Source: Gemmatimonadales bacterium (GTDB lineage: Bacteria; Gemmatimonadota; Gemmatimonadetes; Gemmatimonadales; GWC2-71-9). Taken from it: 57,600 nucleotides of DNA. The notes beneath the pieces were generated by a model that was not told where the DNA came from, did not search any database, and saw nothing but the letters and a program-made list of their open reading frames with translations. The position numbers were made by a program, and so were the translations under genes. Location: assembly GCA_011772755.1 (NCBI GenBank), contig WVYX01000273.1:1-57600 (forward strand), read 5' to 3'. Below are positions 54,829 through 57,600 of this stretch, in pieces. Numbering within the stretch: position 1 is the stretch's first letter; every line of letters begins with the position of its first letter.

Positions 54829-55683
54829 CTACCACCTGTAGGATGTTCGTATCTCGTAGCGCCACACCGTAGAACCGTTGTCGCGTGTCTCGTAATCGAG
54901 CGCGATGCCGACTCCCACCGTGCTCCGAATGTCCCAATCGACTCCCACGAGAACGTGGTTCGCCGAAAAACCCGCAAATGGGTCTGCCGGATTGCCGGAT
55001 TCGAAACTCTCGTTGGCCCGAACGTACCCGGCGGAGACTGTGACCGGATCGGTCACGTTCCAATGCACGCGCGTCAAGGCGGAATGGGTGATCGTATTCT
55101 GGCCCCCGAATGCGCTGACGGCCAGGTAATACCGCACGAGCCAGTACAATCGGGGAAAGTACCAGGTGACCTCTGGCATGATTATGTGGGTATCCGCGGC
55201 CGCATAGTCGGCAAACCGGTACCCCAGTGAAGGCACGAGGCCGTTGGGCAACACTCGGCTGATCTGGACGGTGTATGCCTGCCGGGGCACGACGATCTGT
55301 TCGGGCGCCACCGCGATATTCAGCGTGAGGACGGTGCTCCCGCCCGCCCAGTAGCTCCCACCGATCCGAAAACCGGGGGCCGAGTCATCGAACTTGTTGA
55401 CGTATTCGAACCCCGCCCAGACACCCCAGTCTCTGGGCCGCTCGACGCTCAGTAACATGCTTGCACCCACGGCGTTGGACGCGAAGCTCAAGTCCTCATA
55501 ACTCAATCCCGAGCGCACTGTGATGCGCGGCGGAGATTCTCCACTGCCTCCGATGTCTTGCTGCACGGGCCGTCCCAGGAGTGGAGCGGCGGGGGCGAGC
55601 ATGAGGGCCGCCACCGCCAGCGGCATCCGCAGGTGCAAGATCTTGAACGCCACAGCGCGGGCGCTCAATCGTGCCATTGCCAT
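54829..55683 (-). CDS. YaiO-like outer-membrane beta-barrel protein
   Basis: Signal peptide, alternating aromatic beta-strands, APEQIVVPR, C-terminal TSYRW. Confidence 0.65.
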   Translation of the reverse strand: MAMARLSARAVAFKILHLRMPLAVAALMLAPAAPLLGRPVQQDIGGSGESPPRITVRSGLSYEDLSFASNAVGASMLLSVERPRDWGVWAGFEYVNKFDDSAPGFRIGGSYWAGGSTVLTLNIAVAPEQIVVPRQAYTVQISRVLPNGLVPSLGYRFADYAAADTHIIMPEVTWYFPRLYWLVRYYLAVSAFGGQNTITHSALTRVHWNVTDPVTVSAGYVRANESFESGNPADPFAGFSANHVLVGVDWDIRSTVGVGIALDYETRDNGSTVWRYEIRTSYRW

Positions 55684-55690
55684 TCGCAGC

Positions 55691-57600
55691 TCACCGATGG
55701 CCTTCGAGCCACGGTCGGTAGCTCTCGTAGGAATGAATCGCGAACCCATACAGACTCTCGAAGTGTTGAAGTTCCGAGGCTGTCTGTTCGATCACGCCCT
55801 TGAGTTCGCTCGGGCTGTACCGGGCAAACGACAACTTGCTCGATGGCACGTCTGTCGCCCGCGCTTCCCTCAGGATCACGGTCCCCGTCGTCGTCTTCCG
55901 CCGCCCGCCGAGCCGGTCCCACGCCTCCTCCGCGATCCAGTTGACACGCGCCCGCTCGTCGTCGATCTGCTCGACGACCACCCATGAGCCGCCCGACCCC
56001 TGGGAGCTGAACGAAAGATCAGTCTCGTCCGGTAGCTCGACGGTCTCGAGACCGAGAAAGACTCGCTTCCCTACGCGCGCCGCATACCGCAGCTCGTCCT
56101 GTGCTTGTGCGATCGTCCCATCGGCGCCGTATGCCTGCGTTCGGTAATCCATGATGCCCACGTTGTCCACGATGTCGATGATCAGCTCGCTCACAGGCCG
56201 CCCTTCCACGTCCGCCACCATCTCGAAGAACTCGTTTCGTTCGTCAAACCACGCTGGTATATCGACCCCGTACACGAGACCGGCCTGTGCCGCCAATTCT
56301 TGAGATGCGGCCACAATCGAGAGGTATTGCTGCAGTATCTGCGTGCGGCGCACCCCACCGAATCCTGGCAGGAGGTAGGGCTCGATGTCGTGTCGAATGC
56401 CGTCGAACCGCTCGGCGGGCTGGCTCTCCCGATTGTACTGCGTAATGCTTTGGATCGTCGCGATGACCTGCCCATGCCATTCCGGGAGGCTGAACCGCGG
56501 ATCCCCATCCAAAGCGTGCACCGCCACCCCAGCGGCGTCGAGCTCGGCGATGAGCGGGCGCAGGCGTTCTCGATCCCACGAGATCGTCCACCGTTCGTTG
56601 ACGTGCTCTGCCTCATACGGCAGTTGCAGGAACAGATCAGTGATGCCCTCGGTGCGGCAAAACTGCACGAGGCGTTGACGCGCGTCCGGACCACTCGTAA
56701 CCGCTGGAGTCTCCCAGAGCCACATCGCTTGTCTCAACGATCTGCCCAGCTCCTCGGGCCCGCTGGCCGTGGGTATTGGGGCGTCGCGGTGGGTCGTGAA
56801 GGCAATGTCCTTGAGGAATATCCGCCCCCGTCCTTCCCCCTTCGTCAGGAAGACGAGGCTGGCCAGTTCTCGCCCGTTCAATCCGGGAGGCCACTTGTCG
56901 CGGGGAACCCACGCGCGCTGCCACGTCTTCTCCACACGTCCAGCACCGAGGAACGACGCAACGTCCCCCATTGGCAGCGATTCTTCTCGCTGCTCCCACG
57001 CGCGATCGGCAATGTGCAGCGCCAGGTCCTCCCCTCCGCGCTCGCCGCGAATGGCGAACGTGAGGTATGCGAACGGACTGGCGTCGAAGAGCACCCGTTC
57101 CGTGGGATGTCGTTTGAAATCGAAGAGGTGAATCCAAAATCCGGCGTAGCTCCGAGCCGCCTTGTCGTACGAATAGGCCAGGGCCCGGCCGTCATCCGGC
57201 GCACGGGCAATGGAGACCGCCGACATGGACGGCGCCTTGGCAAAGCCACCGAAGTGGCCACCAAGCCGATTGGTGTTGCCCCGGTCGAAATGCCCCAGCA
57301 GAAATACGCCGCCGGTTAGCGGCGGCGTGCGGCGCTGGGGTTCGCTGGGCCATTGGACCACCGGCGTGCGGTGTCGAACGTCATAGATTGCCAGCCTGCT
57401 TCCTCGCCGCTCGTGGATCACGCCCGCGTGCAGGTATCCAATCTCCGAGACATCCGACATGCCCCAGTCGGCCAGCACAATCACTTGGGACGGAAAGACC
57501 TCGGGAGCTGATTGCGCCGCGAGCGACCCAGTCAGGAACCACAGGGTCAGGAGCCAGCCGATGACAGGGGGATGCCGCTCGAGCCACGACCCCGGGCTCA
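55691..57600 (-). CDS. Exported protein with a carbohydrate-binding-like domain and a glycoside-hydrolase-like TIM barrel (start just beyond the window end)
   Basis: The frame is open to the window end (SPGSWLE...GSLAAQ signal); YAGFWIHL, YLTFAIRG, MWLWE, FDGIRHDIEPY, IMDYR, LGLET, FAIHSY. Confidence 0.65.
   Translation of the reverse strand, partial: SPGSWLERHPPVIGWLLTLWFLTGSLAAQSAPEVFPSQVIVLADWGMSDVSEIGYLHAGVIHERRGSRLAIYDVRHRTPVVQWPSEPQRRTPPLTGGVFLLGHFDRGNTNRLGGHFGGFAKAPSMSAVSIARAPDDGRALAYSYDKAARSYAGFWIHLFDFKRHPTERVLFDASPFAYLTFAIRGERGGEDLALHIADRAWEQREESLPMGDVASFLGAGRVEKTWQRAWVPRDKWPPGLNGRELASLVFLTKGEGRGRIFLKDIAFTTHRDAPIPTASGPEELGRSLRQAMWLWETPAVTSGPDARQRLVQFCRTEGITDLFLQLPYEAEHVNERWTISWDRERLRPLIAELDAAGVAVHALDGDPRFSLPEWHGQVIATIQSITQYNRESQPAERFDGIRHDIEPYLLPGFGGVRRTQILQQYLSIVAASQELAAQAGLVYGVDIPAWFDERNEFFEMVADVEGRPVSELIIDIVDNVGIMDYRTQAYGADGTIAQAQDELRYAARVGKRVFLGLETVELPDETDLSFSSQGSGGSWVVVEQIDDERARVNWIAEEAWDRLGGRRKTTTGTVILREARATDVPSSKLSFARYSPSELKGVIEQTASELQHFESLYGFAIHSYESYRPWLEGHR

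Noticed and set aside
1-57600. tRNA, rRNA, prophage or anti-phage defence island
   Set aside because: I saw no such signatures by eye apart from one vapBC pair; tRNAscan, Infernal and DefenseFinder would be needed to exclude them formally.

Overview
GC-rich bacterial chromosomal segment. The gene content suggests Gemmatimonadota (inference: SusC/SusD without CAZymes, plug-only lipoprotein, 6-bladed propeller, PadR, kinase-TolB-TPR paralogues). From left to right: 5' part of a large eukaryote-like purL; a vapBC toxin-antitoxin pair with a palindromic operator; REP-like palindromes; an orphan mercury mini-operon (GDCCVxC protein + merB behind a MerR-type promoter); a 15-kb, nine-gene, minus-strand envelope operon (two DUF4159, vWA/GATase-like membrane protein, caspase-fold protein with an apparent Cys-to-Ser swap, TPR-gluzincin, MoxR, DUF58, BatA-vWA, DUF4175-like coiled coil) with IS630-like MITE ends at its 5' end; a queuosine salvage hydrolase; membrane and secreted proteins; a PadR/SusC/SusD/plug-only locus; three tandem mosaic Ser/Thr kinases; CapA; a catabolic cluster (DUF1445, M20 amidohydrolase, kinase-phospholyase fusion, atypical E1 alpha/beta); an AT-richer orphan ABC binding protein beside an IS91-like remnant; a TPR-CocE hydrolase; and the end of a YaiO/glycosidase-like locus. 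I saw no rRNA, tRNA or CRISPR array. All family calls come from motif recognition by eye, not from database searches.
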